This document shows positions 30,621-48,707 of a stretch of 64,000 nt of DNA, piece after piece. The position numbers and the translations under genes are program-made. Source of the stretch: the human T2T-CHM13v2.0 reference genome, Homo sapiens. Location: the NCBI RefSeq assembly GCF_009914755.1, contig NC_060938.1; one strand, written 5' to 3'. Positions within the stretch are counted from its first letter, which is position 1; each line of letters begins with the position of its first letter. The notes under the pieces were generated by a model, which worked only from the letters and a program-made list of their open reading frames with translations, ran no database searches and had not been told where the DNA came from.

Positions 30621-31982
30621 CATTTGCAGCCGCCAGAGGATTGGGAAGATAATATACGTTCTATTACTAAGGCATGTGAGCGCCTTGTAGGGCACGTTCT
30701 GTCTTCTGACTACATAAGCAACACTTTTGCGACCCTAAGTCACAGCACCCACAGCTTTTGGCAGGATACTTTAAAACAGAAAAAACACATCATTGATCCT
30801 GGCAGGATTTTTTAAGGGATTGTGCTTAAGAATGTTTAACTTTGGTAATCAGAGACCACCACTGGTGTTTTTCTCCAAAATCACATCTTTAAGTTAATTA
30901 ATACTTGAAGTTAATAAATAATACTGCTCAGTGTATTAGTAATGATGCCATAATACCATGTGAATTTATGCTGATTCAAATGTTGTTTTTTTCGTTTGAT
31001 ACTCATATGGCCTTCTGTTTGAGGACTTCAGATTATTTAGCAACTGATTTAATCTGTTCAGAAATAAACTTTGCTACAGCTGGAAAGCGTGAGGCTTGAG
31101 AAAGCAAGTTTTGGACAGGGACGTATGAAGCTCATGTTGAAACTTAAGTGTTTTAGGCTGTATGGGAGCTTGAATGGAGTGAAAAGAACAAGCGTCTACT
31201 GTCAGGTTTTCCTCCTCCCTCTAGATTTATAACCTCATTCTAGAGTTGCAAAAGTTGGAACTTTCCACTGTTCACTCTCTAGTAGGGATAAAGTGATGGA
31301 AAGGAGTTCTGTTAAAGAGGACTAGTACTTAGATTGTGAACTTTGAAGTAGGGGTTGAGCATAGATGGCTCATAGGTGGTATGAGACACTATTTGTGTAA
31401 AGTCTCAGAATATTTTTCCTTGCTTATAATTGAATAAGAAAGAAGATGTTTAAAAGTCAAATGATAAAAATTGTATGTGCTGTTTTCTGTGGTATGTTTT
31501 AACAAATCTACATGGAAGATAGGACTTCAAAAAAAATTAAAAATAGCCGAAGGAGGAAGAAGGTAGTGTAGTTCCAGCCAAATGGTACGTTTTCCAAAAA
31601 GCCGAAGATTGATGTAGACGTTTATGTAAATACATATACAAAATCTAGTTTCTGGAACACAGTGTTTAATATGTAGAGACTTTAAAAAGTCGGCGTGTGA
31701 CTACTTAGCCCTTAAAAACAGCTGCCAAAACCAGTGGTTATGATAGTCTCTTTTCTTCTTACATCCCAAATCTCCAGATTGCCTTGTGGATGAGATTTGC
31801 TTATTGCAAAGCTACTTGTTTTGCTCTACCCAAAACTCCTTTCAGTCTTTAGTGATGACTTCAGATTTTTATATATTGCTGTGTTTATGAAAAAGAATAG
31901 TCAATGGTATAATTTTTAAGTACCTCTACAGGAATAAGAGGCATACAGAAAAAAAAAAAAAGGTATTAGGTCAAAAGATGGC

Positions 31983-32252
31983 ATTTCACTCTCGTTGCCC
32001 AGGCTGGAGTGCAATGGCGCTATTGGCTCACCGCAACCTCCGCCTCCCGGGTTCAAGTCATTCTTCTGCCTCAGCCTCCCCAGTAGCTGGGATTACAGAT
32101 GCGCGCCACCACGCCTAATTTTTTGTATTTTTAGTAGAAACGGGGTTTCACCATGTTAGCCAGGCTGGTCTAGAACTCCTGACTTCAGGTGATCTGCCTG
32201 CCTCGGCCTCCCAAAGTGCTGAGATGACAGGCATGAGCCACCGTGCCCGGCC
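31983..32252 (-). mobile_element. AluS lacking its poly(A) tail
   Basis: Reverse Alu beginning at tttcactctcgttgccc with no T tract. Confidence 0.85.
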
Positions 32253-33139
32253 CAAATGTCCCATTTTTAATTAAGTGTTAGTAATTGAAGTCATCCTCCA
32301 AAAGACCTTTTAAATTTTAAGATGGCATAATTGTCACTGAAATACTTAATGTACGTCATAATTATACTAAAAGTGAAAGGTATGATAAATGTATTTTTTA
32401 TATATTGCCTATTCACTTTATGTTATGTTTCATTTTATACTTGTGTCCTTTGTGCCTATCATATGATTTTATAATAAAGTGTAATGTAGTGAAAAGGAAT
32501 CGACTGGTTTGGTGAGTTGAAAAAGGGAGGACTTTTATTAGTCTGGGGGAACAGCTTTTGTCAAGGCTCAGAAAGGAAAAATCTAAGGGACTCTGGAAAT
32601 GGCAATGAGGAGGAGTATTGTAAGATTAATACTTTTGGAAAGTTAAGTTGAGACTGGATATATCATTCAGAGATATTTGTTGTGCTGTTACACGGCAAGT
32701 ATTATTTCAGGTTCAAGGGGGACAGCGGTGAACAAAACTGATAAGGCCTCATTCTCACCCAATTTAATTTTTTTTTCCTTTTACTCTTGTTGAGCTGTGA
32801 TCAGGAAATTTAATATTCGAGTAATATTAGTTTGCAGTAGTGCAGCAGTGTTTCTCAGTTTTTTTTTTTTTTTTTTTTTTTACTGCAGCCCACAATAAGA
32901 TGTACATGGACATCACTAACTCAATAAACAGTTCAATTGTGTGTGCTTCAACAGTGTGCCCTTAATGTGTGCATTCACTGTGGTATATCTGTTTTTCTAC
33001 ATTTAAAAAATGAGAAACTGGTTTGAAGCAATCTGCATTTGAAAACATTGATCCAGAGGGGAGAAAATAAATACTTAAATTATAACACTAGTAGTGTGAA
33101 TGGAAAGAAGGGGATAGTTAATTTTTTAAGGTGTATTAT

Positions 33140-33897
<758 letters not shown>

Positions 33898-34253
33898 TCA
33901 TAAGTGTTCTTCTGGCCTCTAAAACCCAAGTACTTATCACTTCCCATTTGGTTATGAAAGCAATATACTGGGTTTTAGTATGGGTTACTGAAGACTAATG
34001 TTACTTGTTTATTGTTCAATGAATTGAGTGTATACTAGGCCTCCAGGTGTACTGTATCCCTGTGTATTGGTAGATATGGTCCTTACTCTCAAGAATTGTG
34101 TAATCTGGTAGAGAAGATACACATTGAACAAGTATCACAAATGTGTTATGTGCTATGGAGAAAAAGAATGCTGTTGGGGCATGATTGAGGGCAACCTAAT
34201 TTATTTGGGGGGTATGATAACACTTTTCAGGAAATGATGTTAAACTTTGCCCA

Positions 34254-34342
34254 CTGTGATGATGGCATTTCTTAGGACAATTTTGGATTAATTATGAAAA
34301 CAACTACTCTCTGAGCAATTGTTGAAAAAAAAATTAAAAAGC
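34254..34342 (+). pseudogene. Retroposed SNORD58B(U58)-like C/D snoRNA copy with A-rich tail
   Basis: CTGTGATGATGGCATTTCTTAGGACA..TTTGGATTAATTATGAAAACAACTACTCTCTGAGCA resembles recalled U58B. A-rich tail 34325-34340; 12-bp TSD AAACTTTGCCCA at 34242-34253 and 34343-34354. Confidence 0.85.
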
Positions 34343-35009
34343 AAACTTTGCCCAGAAGATTAGGCTTTAGTTAGTTTGAAGGCACTGAGTCAGAGTGTGG
34401 TGTCAGGTAAAGGGATGAGGAAGCATTCAGGTAGAAGAAACTGCATGTACTAAGGTTCCTAAGCTGAAAGGAACAGAATTGGAAAAAACAGAAAGCAAAA
34501 CTCAACAGAAATAGAATGTCTGGGCTGTACAAGTTAGTAGAGAAGAGGCAAGAGTTTTGGTGTTAGGATGAGGTTGAATCTTAGCTCTGTTTCTTACTAT
34601 TCATGTACATTTAGACAAGTTATTTAACGTTAATGAATTTTGGTTTTGTCATCTTTAAAAGGGAAAGTAGCATTTAACAAAATATTTGCTCAATAAATAG
34701 CATATCTTATTATCATTAATAGCTAGTAATTGAAGTTATAGCAGTGCAGATGACATGCTTTCATTCATTCATTCTTCAGAAATAATGAGTGTCTTTGTGT
34801 GCCAGGCAACTCGATACACAGTAGTTGAATTACACATGTATATGTATTATTACATTAAAGTGTCATAAAACCATATACTTTTACTATGCAAAGCACTGTG
34901 CTAAAATTTTTTTCTATTCTATTTTCCATTTGAAGAAAGGTTCAAGAAACTGGTGTGAAGCAATCTACAGTTTGAAAATTACTGATACAGTGAAGAGATG
35001 ATTACTTAG

Positions 35010-35717
<708 letters not shown>

Positions 35718-36725
35718 GTTTTATTTCTTTCTTTTGATAGCTATTCTGTACCCTTTCCCATTTTATGTTGCTAGTTGAAAATTATTGGTTGTTGTTAAGA
35801 ATAAACTGATAATAATTGACATATAAATAATATGTTGGAGTAACTCATTAAAAAATAACTTTAGTGTATTCTTTTGACTCTGTGATTTGTGAAGTAATCA
35901 TCAAAATGATCTCTATAAGCATAAGGTTGATGTTCTTAAATCTTTTTACAACACTGTGATTGCAGGGTGTGGAGTAATTGACAGGCTCTGAAGATGCAGG
36001 GGTGTGGTAAATTTGCTGATTCCAGAAGAAACCCTTATGTCTCACCTAAGTGTGAAATTAGAATAGGGTAGCTAGTTAATGACTCAGAATGTATCAGCCT
36101 ACAGTCTTTTTTGTATTTTGTTTTTAGACTGAGCTCTGAAATACAAAACCACAAACTAGTGACTAATTTGCATTTGGAAAATTAATCTTCAAACGTATCT
36201 TTTTCTTTAAAGGAAGAGGGAAAAAGAACAAAATAAATTTACAAGTTACTTTGCCTTTTCCTAGGGCCTGAAGTGATTAAACTTGGAAAAGTTGATGACA
36301 TTAATCATACATTGAACTAGAAGGGAACTTATTTTTTCTGGTAGTCTACTACTTTGGACTCTCTTTTATTATGCATTGGCTAGATTTGCTTTTTCTGTAA
36401 TTTTTTCTCAAATTCTTTTGTCCATAATATGGCTCCATGCTACTTTGCTTTTACCCTTCTACTTCTCAATACCAACCTCTTCATTCTGGTCATTCTGTGT
36501 CTCTCTTATCTTTTCAGTCATCATTTCTACCTTCTTGTCTGCTGTCAAGGAGAGTTGTTTAATGGGTTGTTCCACATTCTAGAATAGTTTACCATTCTTT
36601 TTCTATTATTCCATAATTTTTCAAAGTTAATTATATTTCATGTTTTCATCTATAGATTGCTATTGTTTTCAAATGATTTTTTCAATAATCTTTCACTTTG
36701 TTTCATTTGAGAGCTTATCTCCAAA

Positions 36726-36768
36726 TGTGTGTGTGTATGTGTTTGTGTGTGTGTGTATGTGTTGTGTG
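36726..36768. repeat. Imperfect (TG)n microsatellite
   Basis: tgtgtgtgtgtatgtgtttgtgtgtgtgtgtatgtgttgtgtgt. Confidence 0.85.
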
Positions 36769-37026
36769 TTAGCTCTTTCTCTACCTGGTTAATAGACATT
36801 AGTGAGTAAGGACCTTATCTTACACTTATATGTCACTACGAGGAATGTAATACAGTGCTGGACATCCATCAGGCATTGAAAATTTTTTGTCCCCTTCCCC
36901 CATCCCCACATGTCCCATTTTTTCCTTTCAAATTTTTGTGTATTCCCTAGATTTACCTGGTTATAGCTAATTCTTTCAATGGCATTCAGACTCAGAAGGT
37001 CTTTTAACATTTAAAATTTATTCTTT

Positions 37027-37195
37027 CTTAGGAAAAAAATAGTTTCATACTATTTGTTCTTTCTTTTTCTTTTTCCTTGTTTTTAATAGAATCTTGCTCT
37101 GTCTCCCAGGCTTAGGAAAAAAATGGTTTCATACTATTTGTTCTTTCTTTTTCTTTTTTCCTTGTTTTTAATAGAATCTTGCTCTGTCTCCCAGG
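37027..37195. repeat. 84/85-bp tandem duplication at the tail of an antisense AluJ (Alu continues to ~37451)
   Basis: Copy 1 37027-37110 and copy 2 37111-37195 differ by one substitution and one T. Confidence 0.9.
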
Positions 37196-38331
37196 CTGGA
37201 GTGCAGTAGTGTGATCGTAGTTCACTGCAGCCTTGAACTACTGGATGATCAAGTGATTCTCCCACCCCAGCCTCCTCAGTAGCTAGGACTATAGGCACAC
37301 ACCACTGTGCCCAGCTAATTTTTAGATTTTTTTGTAGTGATGGAATCTCACTTTGTTCCCCAGGCTGGTCTGGAACATCTGGCTTCAAGCGATCCACCCA
37401 CCTTGGCTTCCCGAAGTGTTGGGATATAGGTGTGAGCCACCTTTCCTGGCCATGCTACATTTTGAAATGATGGAAATGTTTTAGAATCTGGGTTTTGTAT
37501 CCGTGTGACAATTTTAAAGGGTCACACATAGACACATGACCCCGAATGCAAAACTAATATGACAAACTTATAATAATATTTTACAATTTTGCAGAGATCT
37601 GGCTTTCTTAGTTTACGAAGAGTGTATACAAACCAATAAGAAAAAAATTAGTAATGAACAGAAAATATGGGCAAAAGATGTGAAAAGGCATTTATGAAAA
37701 AAAGAAATAAAAATTTTACTTACTCATAGTTAAGGAAATGAAAATCAAAATGAGGTGCTACTTTGTTAAAAAAAAATTAGATGAGCAAATGATAGCTATT
37801 GTTGCCGGGGATATAAAGCAATGGACAGTCTCATGCACTGTTGATGACTTAATTGGTTAGGAATTCATTTTGTCTCAAAGTAATAGAAAACTTGTATATT
37901 GATAGTAGTTTAAACAAATAGGAATTTATTTCCTTACACAATAGGAAGGTGGCATTTTGTTAGAGCTTGATGATGTCAAGGTTGGTATTTCTTAATTTTC
38001 TTGGCCAATCCCTTATAGACTACTTCATGGACATGAATCGTTTCAGATATGGTCAAATCCAAGGTAAGAATAAATTGGTAGAAGGAAGGACCACACTAGT
38101 TGTGATTGTCCCTTTTTATCAAAAAAGCAGAAGCTTTCTCAGAGCTCTGCAGCTGATGTTCTTTTCAGTTTTGTGGTCACTTACATGAGATTAACTATAT
38201 TGCTGCTTTGAATGAAATCAGTATTTTATTAGTAAGGAAATTACTAATAGTGAGAAGGGATATTGGGTAGGCAACTAACAGTGTCTGCCAGATGACTAGT
38301 GCAACTTTTCCAGAGAGAAATTGTCAGCATC

Positions 38332-39931
<1,600 letters not shown>

Positions 39932-41250
39932 TAAACAAATACATGTTTTTTCTGATTATTTCCATAGTATAAAATATGTACAGTTGCTATTTGGTACACT
40001 CATTATTTTGATTTATGTCTTTATTAGTAAAGATATAGGTCTTTTTTATGTTTATTGGTCATTTGCATTTCTTCCTTTGCATTATTGTCTTTAAAGTTTT
40101 AGTCATCTTTTTAATTAACTACTATTAATATATTAAGTAGTAGTATATTCTAAGTATATTTTAAGAGTAAATCAGTTTTATGGTCTGCTTAATTTTGAGA
40201 ATAATTCCTCATTTTAAAAAAAATGAGACATGCCCTATAATTTAATGATTTGGTTTCCATTTAAGCTGTTAGTGGAAGAGATGAAGGTAATTATGAAAAT
40301 ATAATGTGGTATTACCTTAAAGGGGTAATTGCTTATTACCTTATAGCCTTAAAAATTAGATGACATAATTTTAAGTATATTATGTAGTTATTATCCAGAC
40401 TGTAAGCCTTTCTCAAATATGTTTTTTAGAGGTAGGGTCGTGCTCTGTTGCCCAGGCTGGAGTATCGTAGCAGGGTCAATGCTTACAGCAGCCTTGAACT
40501 TCTGGGCTCAGGTGATCCTCCTGCCACAGCATCTCCTGAGTAGCTGGGACTGCAGCTGTGTGCCACCATGCCTGGCCCCTTAAATGTGTTTTAAGTAACA
40601 TTTATTCACTTTAAAAATTACTGTTTAATTTTTTAAAGCCATAATTTATATCTTATATAATAAAGTTGAAACCTAGCTGTCAGGATTTATAAATCGTAAG
40701 TATATAGATATATTTAAGCAATATGATTTTATCTTTTCTAAAACTTTATCCTGAGCCAAGTGATGAGCTTCCTTTTGAAATGTTTATACCCATGACCAGA
40801 ATTTTTGTCAGTTTTACTTTTAGCCTCCAGAACAGTTGTTAAAGATATGCCGTTTTCCAGTGATTGATAGCAAGGTAACATTCAGGCACCGAATCAGATT
40901 CTTACCTAAATAAGAAACATTGAATTTTAAATAGTATTTCTTCATTGGGTAGCAGGCAGTGTACTTATTTGTTGTTTGAATGAGGTAACAAATCCACAGT
41001 TATTTGGTTTTCATTCAAATACCAACAACAAAATGGCAGTTTTGTGAAGAATTTATAATTTTATTTACAATATAAAAACTAATGAACCTTCTGATTCTGA
41101 CTTGTAGGGGATTAAGACTCACATTAATATTTCTTTAATAGCTAAATTAGGGCTTTTTAAAAGGTGTTGTTGAGGCCAAATAATTTTATTGGCATTTGGA
41201 AGATATTTCTCTTTTTTTCGTGTTTCCACAGATCGTTAACTGAAGACAAT

Positions 41251-41574
41251 ATGCAAAATTCTCACATGGATGAATACAGAAATTCTAGTAATGGCAGCAC
41301 AGGCAACAGTTCAGAGGTAGTGGTAGAACATCCTACTGATTTCAGTACTGAGATTATGAACGTTACAGAAATGGAACAGTCACCTGATGACTCTCCCAAT
41401 GTGAATGCATCTACAGAAGAAACTGAAATGGCAAGTGCTGTGGACCTTCCAGTGACGCTGACAGAAACAGAAGCAAATTTCCCTCCAGAATATGAAAAAT
41501 TTTGGAAAACTGTAGAAAATAATCCTCAGGATTTTACAGGCTGGGTATATTTGCTTCAATATGTAGAACAGGAG
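41251..41574 (+). CDS. PRPF39: PRPF39 exon 2 coding part (MQNSHMDEYRNSS...YLLQYVEQE); exon starts at 41232
   Basis: ttccacAG acceptor 41230-41231, ATG at 41251 with A at -3, GAG|GTTAGT donor. 108 codons. Confidence 0.95.
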
Positions 41575-41900
41575 GTTAGTAACTATTAAAATGGTATCAG
41601 AAGGGACAAATTAATCAAGTCATTAATTTATAATGAAACAGTAGACCTTATTGTTTATGATTAAAATTGACTCATAATTTTCAAATGAAGTTGAATAACA
41701 TTAGGTAGCTACATTTTTAGCTTTGAAAATAGCTTACAGCTTTTGTATGTTGTAGAGAGTCAGTAGTGTCAAAGCTTAATGTTTTGTAATAATTGAGGTG
41801 TAAATGTGTGTGTAAAATTGCTGAAATAAAAAGTTGGCAAAATTAGTTCCTTCTGTTTCAATTGCGTTTAGAAGAAAAAGGGGGCTGCTGCCTGTGTAGG

Positions 41901-41987
41901 TTTTTTTTTTTTTTTTTTTTAAGTGAAAGCAAGTTTATTAAGAAAGTAAAGGAATAAAAGAAGGGCTGCTCCATCGGCAGAGCAGCC
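41901..41987 (-). mobile_element. Short polyadenylated MER41-LTR R-region-like retroposed insert
   Basis: Minus strand reads ggctgctctgccgatggagcagcccttcttttattcctttactttcttAATAAActtgctttcactt-A20; degenerate TSD. Confidence 0.7.
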
Positions 41988-42113
41988 TGCATGTGGAGTT
42001 TTTAAGCCTGCCATTTATTATTATTTTTTTAGATAATAACGTTTGAAAGGAATAATAAATATTTTTTTGACAGAAATTTCCACAATATTTAAATACTGTT
42101 TTATTTTTATCAG

Positions 42114-42239
42114 AATCACTTGATGGCTGCCAGGAAGGCATTTGACAGATTTTTCATACACTATCCGTATTGCTATGGTTACTGGAAAAAGTATGCAGAC
42201 CTTGAAAAGCGGCACGACAACATTAAACCATCAGATGAG
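42114..42239 (+). CDS. PRPF39: PRPF39 exon 3 ([42 protein letters not shown]), HAT repeat
   Basis: atcAG acceptor and GAG|GTGCGT donor. 126 nt; contains the Prp39-family [12 protein letters not shown] motif. Confidence 0.96.
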
Positions 42240-42897
42240 GTGCGTACATCACTGAATAAACTTATCTCCAATAGGTACTGTAAGCCAATTAATAACAAAA
42301 CAAAGATTTTTTTTTTTTTTTTTTTTTGGCTGGCAGTACCTACCATTTATGGTCAAACAATTTTTATAGGGTATTTATTTGCATTTGTCACTCTTGTGGC
42401 ATTTGTAGCTAATATTTTCTCTCTTTGTTGGCAGGTGCGTTAAACCTCTACAGTTTGTCAAGCTTTGCAGTGCAAGCCTCTGTATTACACTGCAGCTTAA
42501 CAAGTAGGGCAGGGCTTTTCTCTCACTTACATTTATTTCTCATTTTCCAAACAATATAGTTGGTTTGCTAGTCACATTTGCTACGTCTTATTGCATTTTT
42601 GGTCAGACGCTGTCATTGATGCTCTAATGGGTCTGTGCCCTATGGTCTGTAACCCAAAGCCTGCCCACACAACCCGGTCAGAATGCAGGGACTGCTGCGC
42701 TTTGAAGATCAAGACTCTGCACGTGGGGATCAGAACATTGCCATGTTCTATCCAACCTCCACCCAAATGGTAATGGTAGATTATTTAAACAAAATTCCAG
42801 TAATTAGTATTTCTAAGGTTCACCGGATAACACAGTGTTGCCTCTCTGTTAAGAAATAATTAAATATTTGAAGTACAGTTTGCTGTTTTCTTCTTAG

Positions 42898-43016
42898 GTT
42901 TATCGGCGGGGGCTTCAGGCAATACCTCTTAGTGTTGACCTTTGGATACATTATATAAACTTCTTAAAAGAAACATTGGACCCTGGTGATCCTGAGACAA
43001 ACAATACAATAAGAGG
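42898..43016 (+). CDS. PRPF39: PRPF39 exon 4 ([40 protein letters not shown])
   Basis: ttcttAG acceptor and AGG|GTATGT donor. 119 nt; HAT motif [10 protein letters not shown]. Confidence 0.95.
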
Positions 43017-44121
43017 GTATGTGGAACATTGATACTGAAATGTTTTTTATGATATAAATAATTATTCTGATGTTGATAATAGAGCTCATGAAAGCTAAGC
43101 TGGAAGTTTAACTTCTATTCCATTGTTAAAAAAATGATACATGTAATAAACTTAAGCTTTATGATTTGAAAATGCAGATAATAAAGCCCTCCTACAGTCC
43201 ATGCCTCTTATGTCCCCAATTCCACTCCTCAAGGTTAATAGCTTGGTGTGTGTTCTTTCAGATATATGTATAAGTACATGTTTATGCGTATGCTTTCATA
43301 CTGCTCTTTGACTTTTTTTTTTTAATAATGTTTGGGAATCTCTTCCTGCCATATTTTTTAACAATTACAAAAAGTATTTTATAATACTTTATAAAAAGTA
43401 TCTTATAAGCCAAAGTACTCTATTTCACCAAATCCTTATTTATAGGAAATAATCAGTGCTACAGTGAACATCTCTGTACAAGTCAATATTTTTTGTAGAA
43501 TGCACTAGAAATGGAACTTCTGTCAAAGGGAACACACAGCTCAGTTTTATCAAATGTTCCTTCAAAAATGGTATCGATTCTAAACTCCCACAGTGTATGA
43601 AAATAATCATTTTCCCACAGCTGTGCCACATTTTTTGTTTGTTTTACCTCCAGTGGCATCTCTTTTAATTTGTTTATGTCTTGATTGCTCATCCTGGTTT
43701 ACCATGTTCTCATATGCTTATATAAGCCATTTTTTAAATTACCTGTTGATATTATTTGCTCATTTTTCTATTACATTATCTTTTTCTTGATTACAGTAGT
43801 TTGCTAATGTACTTGTTTTTGGTTTTCAAAAAAAAGCATGTGCATATTGCTTAAGAAGTTAGCTAATGTTAAACTGCTTGTAACAAAAAGTACCACCTCC
43901 ACCTCCCTTCAAATATTTTAGCTCTTTCTTCTGGTATTTTCCACCATGTGTTTAACAGTAGATCTATGTTGCTTTCTTTCTTTCTCTGTTAGCTGTAGAC
44001 ATTATGTATCTGTTACGGTAAGTGAGAATTTTAACCCACTTACACTTTGTTTTCTCATTCCTTATCTTTCCAATATAGCTACAGAATAGGTTTCAATAAT
44101 CAGCTTCAGTATTTTTTTTTA

Positions 44122-44472
<351 letters not shown>

Positions 44473-45462
44473 AGAGAGAGAGATCAAAAACCTATAAATA
44501 TTTTTCATCATACTGTCTTTTCATTTTATAACCTTTTTGGTTTTTAATTGCTCCTCCCCTGCCCCTCATTTTTCCCGTTTGTCTAATTTTCTTTGAACAT
44601 TTAAGGTTTTTTCATACTCTCCAGCAGCTTTGTAGAAGGCTTTAAATATAGCTTTCTATACAATCAGATCTGTTAAAAAATGTGTAAGTCCCATTTTTTC
44701 CTCTCCTTTGAGCTGTCTCCTGGAAACCTTCCTACTATAATCTGGACTGGTCTTCTAGTTCTGCTGTACAAGAGTTGTCTTGGGATTTTCTTATCATCAT
44801 GGTTCTAGGAGATGTCTTTACCTCACTTCTGGGTGAGTTTATTATTAGATCTCACTCTTTTCTTGATTTCATGTCCAACTTTTAGAAGAGTGTGTCCTAT
44901 AACTTCTTGTTAAAGGATGCTTGGATGAAAAAATAATTTTAAGGTTTGGTAAGCTGTAGAATTTGGAGTTGAAAATTATTTTCTCCATAGAGCTTTGAAG
45001 GCATTATTTATTCCTTTATAGCTTCTGCTATTGCTTTTGAGAAGTCCAATACCATTCTTGCAGAATAGATTCTCTTTCTATAACGTGTTTTTCCTCTGTG
45101 GAAGCTGTTAGGATGTTCTCTTTGGGTCTGATGTAAATGAAGTTTTATAAAAATGAGCTTTGATGTGGATTTTCTTTTTCTTATTGTGATTATTGGGTGA
45201 TTGGGTGAGTCTTTTCATTCTGAGATTCTAATGTCCTTCTATTCTTAGAAATGTTATTATTATGGATATTCTTATTTTGACAGTTTCCTTGCCTTGATTT
45301 TCTCTGTTGTTTTTAATAGTTGGATGTTGGACCTCTTCTTTTAATTACTGAGTTTTTCTTTTCTTCTTCCTATTTTTCATATCTTAGACTTTGTCTGGCT
45401 TTTTGAGGTATTTCCTTGACCCTTGTATTGGATTTTTAACATCTTCCATCAGATTATTATTA

Positions 45463-48110
<2,648 letters not shown>

Positions 48111-48539
48111 CACGCCTGTAACCATTTCACCATGCCTCATGAAAATATTCTTAAATTGAGATAAAATTTGCCTCTCTTTAACTTCCTACTTGTTTTAATT
48201 TTGTCTTCTGTCATAAATCAATCTATACAATAGACATTTCAGATTTAACAAATACTTACATGTCTACTCTTACCTATTTGCAATGTGTACATTTTGTATT
48301 TAATTTTCTATTTGATAAAGTTACATAAAAAGTACATTTATCTATTCTCTTTGTTTTCTCACTCTTTTTAAGCAGCTGTTGTATGCTTTCTGTTATTCTG
48401 TCTACCCTTTAATCCCTACTTGCATAGGAAGCAGTTGAATATAATTTTTGAAGTTAGCATTATCTTCTAAATTTAGAAATAATATTTTAAAAGTGATTTT
48501 ATCTTGGAAAGATAACTTAAGAGTAATTTAATTTTTCAG

Positions 48540-48707
48540 AACTTTTGAGCATGCTGTTCTAGCTGCAGGAACAGATTTCCGTTCTGACAGACTGTGGGAA
48601 ATGTATATAAACTGGGAAAATGAGCAGGGAAACCTGAGAGAAGTTACAGCTATATATGATCGTATTCTTGGTATTCCAACACAGCTGTATAGTCATCATT
48701 TTCAGAG
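48540..48707 (+). CDS. PRPF39: PRPF39 exon 5 (TFEHAVLAAGTDFRSDRLWEMY...YSHHFQ-R)
   Basis: ttttcAG acceptor and GAG|GTAGGT donor. 168 nt, phase 2 to 2. Confidence 0.95.

Noticed and set aside
29734-30815. Long ORFs (156, 190 and 170 aa) across the PRPF39 promoter
   Set aside because: GC-rich CpG island depleted of stop codons; low-complexity R/G/P/A translation with no recognisable domain.
42591-42773. ORF-track 60-aa Cys-rich ORF in PRPF39 intron 3
   Set aside because: Non-ATG start and out of frame with exon 4 at the 42769 donor; the relevant frame starts at 42683 (see findings).
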